Below are positions 60,301 to 64,000 of a stretch of 64,000 nucleotides of DNA, one piece after another. Source of the DNA: Sminthopsis crassicaudata. Taxonomy: Eukaryota. The translations under genes were made by a program, and so were the position numbers. The notes beneath the pieces were generated by a model. It saw only the letters and a program-made list of their open reading frames with translations. It ran no database searches and was not told the origin of the DNA. Location: assembly GCF_048593235.1 (NCBI RefSeq), contig NC_133618.1:514557675-514621674 (forward strand), in the 5' to 3' direction. Every line of letters starts with the position of its first letter. The stretch's first letter is position 1.

Positions 60301-61214
60301 AGTGTATTGTCTGAATCAACCCTCCAAGTGTCCACAGAGCACCTCCTGAACCTCTTTGATCGTGGCATCTTAGTAGCTAGCAATGCTCGTGGTCTCTTCG
60401 TGCAGCGCCTCTGTACCATCCCCATTTCCTGGACTGGGCCCTGTACTCCAGCTGGGCCTGGACCCCATCTTCTACAGGACAAAATATGCGTAGAAGTCTT
60501 TAATCCTACCAAATTTTTCCAAGGTGAGGACTGTTCCACTCCAACCCAGCCTTACCTCAAGGACCCTAACCACTACTTCCTCATCTTGGGAGTGTCCTAA
60601 TTTTTAGAATCTTGCTCTTTTCCTGCTATCAATCCTTTGGTTGTCCTGAGCCCTTGGTCTGTGACTCCTGCCATCCTGAGTCCCTTTGTTCCCTTGCTTC
60701 TTCCCCAGTCTAGACACCATTCCTGTGAGACCCTGGGTGGATGGGGGTCATGTTGCCTCTTGTTCTGTATATTTCCCTTCCTCTGATTTCTGACTATCCC
60801 CTCCTGTCTTTTCCCTGCTTGTTTTCTTTCCTTTTGTCTTTATCTCCTTTTTCTCCTTGCATGATTTTACTCCTCTCCCACACCTTCTTCTCACCCTTTT
60901 GTTCTCTACTGCTTCCCCTCCCAAATTTCTTTCTTTCCATTAGACCTATCTCGATACCACAAAGGCCTGGCCCCACCTCCTGAGTTCCAGGTGACCCTCA
61001 ATTTTTTGGATGAGCACTGTGGTTCTGAATATACTAATAAGAATCTCATCACAGTCCAGGTAGTATCATTATCTGGGATTGGCTGGAGTCTCTGGGATGA
61101 GGGGGGGGATTCTTCCAGAATGAATGATGATTTGACTCACTGGTGTGTCTGTTCTTCCTGGCACAGATGGAGCAGGCCTTTGTCCGAAACCTACAGAAAA
61201 TTGGACTTGTATAA
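54373..61214 (+). CDS. IRF9: Interferon regulatory factor 9 (ISGF3 gamma)
   Basis: Coding exons 54373-54552, 54813-54996, 55305(or 55329)-55486, 55602-55689, [55984/56014]-56055 (acceptor uncertain), 60164-60523, 60944-61059, 61167-61214. Trp-repeat DBD (RKLRNW...FRIPWKHAGK...WKTRLRCALNKS) and IAD (RGILVASNARGLFVQRLC). AATAAA at 61455. Confidence 0.93.
56350..58130 (-). mobile_element. L2 LINE fragment in IRF9 intron 6
   Basis: Antisense L2 3' end (tatttattaagg...ctgtgcta...ccctgctctcaaggagctcaca). Minus-strand ORF 57005-57481 carries the L2 RT C-terminal motif KLNIPKTELFIFSPK. Confidence 0.75.
58780..59960 (+). mobile_element. L2 LINE fragment (sense), interrupted by the SINE
   Basis: cactcagcatgtctaaaactaaa... 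and an L2-type 3' region; boundaries approximate. Confidence 0.6.
58968..59115 (+). mobile_element. WSINE1-like SINE with a 15-bp target-site duplication
   Basis: aaattccacactcag on both flanks of the SINE body and A tail. Confidence 0.88.
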
Positions 61215-61959
61215 GGGGAAGTGTTCTGTTCCCTTGGCATCTGTTACACTGGTCTTCTTCCTTTCCTTTAACTTTTGAGGGGCATGCTGTTCATTGTATG
61301 TCTTTCTAGTTCATGATGGTGCCTTCTATGAGTTGTATCCACTATGCTTGGGTCTAAGGGGGGAAGTGCCTGAGAAATCCTAACAGCTCAAATTCAGAGC
61401 ACCTTTCAATTCCAAGCCCTAAAAATAACTTTAGATTCACTGTCTAAGTTTTTGAATAAAGTTTTGTTGAAAATGAAATTATCTGATTTATTGGGAGGAG
61501 ACTGACATATCAGGGGAAAGCAAGTGTGATCATTGCAGAATCAGGAAAAAAAGCATCTTATCACTTAAACCAAGGGTTCTTAACCTGGATCCCAAGGAGG
61601 AGAGATATCAAATGTTTAATTCATTTGTAACTTTTAAAATATTTTGATAATTGTATTTTAATAGAAGTAGGTTCCTTTGTAGTTCTATTTTATTTTTGTG
61701 CATTTAAAAACATTAGGAAAAAAAAATGAGAGAAGGGCCAATGGGCTTCAGTGGACACCAAAAGAGTCCAGAACATACACAAAAGGATTAGAAACCCTTG
61801 ATTTGAACTCTTGTTTTGGGGGATTAGAAAACATGGATTCTCTTCCTGGTCACACCTTGCCCTCACTCCAATCACTTCTCATATTTCTATATTCCCAGAA
61901 GTCCTTGACTATACAGGCCTATAAAGACCAAAGTGGGAAGATCTTCTACTCAGAGAGAT

Positions 61960-62775
61960 GAGCAAGGTGCTAAGTTTTAGAAACAAAGATGGGTATGCAG
62001 GTCTTCTGTAAGAGGCAATTAGCCAACTAAGTTTGTGCTCTGTGTAAATTGCTAGGGATTTTTTTAAAAGGCAAGAGACACTTCTTGTTCTAAAGGAGCT
62101 CACAGCCTAATAGGTGAATCAGCATGCAAACAGCTGTGAATAAAGAAACTATATATGGGATAAATGAAACATAATCAGAATAAGGAAGGATTGGAGTGAA
62201 AGAGAATCAAAAAAGGCTTCTCGTTGAAGGGATTTTAGCCCGACATGAAGGAAGCCAGAAAGCAGAGATAGAGGAAGGTAATTGCAGGAATGGGCAGAGA
62301 GCCAGTGAAAATGTCCAAGTCAGGAGATAAAACATCTTGTGCAAAAAATAAGGGCAAGGAGCTCAGTATCACTGGCTCACAGAGTATATAGAAAAGTGTA
62401 ATATAGAAGGACTGGAAAGGTAAGAAGGGCTTTCAATATCAAACGGGATTTTATATTTGCTCTCCGAGGTGATAGGGAGCCATTGGAGTGTACTAGTGGG
62501 TGGGGAGGAGTGACTCTGCCAGAGTCGCTTTTTAGGAAGGCAGCTGGGTGGAGCAGACCGGAATGGGGGAAGACTGGGGGCCAGGAGGACCACCGGCAGA
62601 TTATGGCTGTCTTACTGCAGCAGGGTGCGCAGGGCCGGCAGGAATCAACAGGTCTTGGGTAAGAGTGAGGAGGCAAGGAGGACACCTCCATTTGAGCCTG
62701 TGTGCCTGGGAGGATAGTAATGAAGTTAGGAAGAAGGGAGAGTTTGGAGGAAAAGATGATGGATTTAACTTAGTA
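61960..62775 (-). mobile_element. L2 LINE fragment downstream of IRF9
   Basis: Antisense L2 3' region (aaggagctcacagcctaa; reverse strand ctaagttaaatccatcatcttttcctccaaactc). Confidence 0.7.
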
Positions 62776-62779
62776 AGCT

Positions 62780-63421
62780 GATTGTAAGAGGTCTCCGGAA
62801 CACCGAGGCAAGCTCTCCGGTAGGCAGGAGACGCAAGACTGGAGCTCCTAAGGGAGCTGGGCCGCCGGGAGAGTGAGGGAAGGCGGGCTCCGGCGGAGCC
62901 GGTTGTCATGGGTGGGTAATGCGGGGTAGTTTTTGGTCTCATTCTGTTACAGGAGACAGCGTTCTGTGGAGGTGGGAGGAATGTTGGAAATGAAAGTGAT
63001 GTAGCCATAAGGGAGCAATTAAAACAAGAGGGGAGAAGGAAAAAGGTGGAGGGTCTTGTGTGCGGAGAGAAAGGCATAGATGAGGCGGCAGCTCACGTGC
63101 TATCTTCTCTAAGTCTGGAGAATCCGAGAGTGGGACAAAATTATTCCTGCCCCGGTGCACGGAGTCATTCCGCACGGCTATTGGCCAGGCAGGACTGGTC
63201 TCTGGGTGCTGGAAGCGGAGAGGAAAGGATGCTTGCCGGGGCAGAAGCTGATTGGTCAGCCCCACATAATTCAGTCCTCTCGAGATCCTCTCCAGGGCTA
63301 CCGAACCCAGGCGCACAGATTTTGTGCAGAGATTGCAGGCAAAGATAGGGCTTAAGCTACATCACTGGAGGGAATACCCACGAAGATGACGTCACAGATC
63401 AATTGGAAGATGAGAGTACAG
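62780..63421 (+). promoter_or_regulatory. CpG-rich promoter with a probable non-coding first exon ending at 63421; next gene by synteny is REC8
   Basis: TCACGTG at 63093-63099, ATTGG boxes near 63180 and 63253, CRE TGACGTCA at 63387-63394, donor CAG/GTAACG at 63422. No coding sequence in the window confirms the gene. Confidence 0.5.
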
Positions 63422-63427
63422 GTAACG

Positions 63428-63580
63428 TTTTTTTTGTTTGTTGTTTTTGCTGAGGCATTTGGAATTAAGTGACTCGCCCAGGGTCACGCAGCTAGGAAGC
63501 GTTAAGTGGCTGAGGCCGATTTGAATTCAGGTCCTCCTGACTCCTCTATTCACTGCACTACCTGGCTATCCCTCAGACAG
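63428..63580 (-). mobile_element. WSINE1-like SINE, antisense
   Basis: T-rich tail followed by the reverse complement of the SINE body. Confidence 0.8.
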
Positions 63581-64000
63581 ATGCTACTTAAACTGCCATA
63601 CCTACTTTCACATGGCAGGAATGAGCTGACATTCTGGGTGGGTTTCTGACCCATCCCATTGACCTTGCAGTCATCCTCAAGTCAGTTACATCCTTTACTC
63701 CCTCGGCTAGCATGTGCATTTGGCATTACTTTGTTTCATTTCTACCTCAATTTAAGAAAGTTACCAACCACTCGACAGCACAAAGGATTATTCAAAGGTC
63801 AAGATTTATTGTGACCAGGATGAGAGGAAGGCCCACCCTGGGGGTTCACGTTATTCTGGATTCTACAGTCTCTACGAGAGAAGCTTTTCAGGGCTTCTTA
63901 ATTTTAAAATCCCGAGTAGCTCCCAGCCTTGCCCATTTATACAGGACCTTGTGGTCATGTCTGCAGTAAATATGCTTTTCTGCCCCCAACTAGATTGTAA

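Overview
Marsupial genomic DNA, probably an Australian marsupial such as a dasyurid (inferred from tRNA-derived CORE-SINEs and L1 types), syntenic with human 14q11.2-12. It contains PCK2 (exons 2-10, 5' partial, +), DCAF11 (+), FITM1 (+), PSME1 (+), EMC9 (-), PSME2 (-), RNF31/HOIP (+) and IRF9 (+), plus a probable promoter and first exon of the next gene (REC8 by synteny) at the right end. All eight reading frames could be reconstructed exon by exon with GT-AG introns. The one exception is IRF9 exon 6, whose expected AG acceptor reads AT. The EMC9-PSME2 interval is expanded to about 12 kb by a decayed class I endogenous retrovirus (gag remnant, env tail, polypurine tract), which contains a nested RAC1 3'UTR retrocopy, an internally deleted L1 and SINEs. 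Other notable points are stop-free in-frame introns in PCK2 and PSME2, a shifted splice acceptor in RNF31, a 41-bp minisatellite directly after the RNF31 stop codon, an apparently diverged DCAF11, and a set of ISRE/IRF-E, GAS and kB sites. I found no wholly new biological system that the sequence can support. Comparisons with human genes are from memory and need database confirmation.
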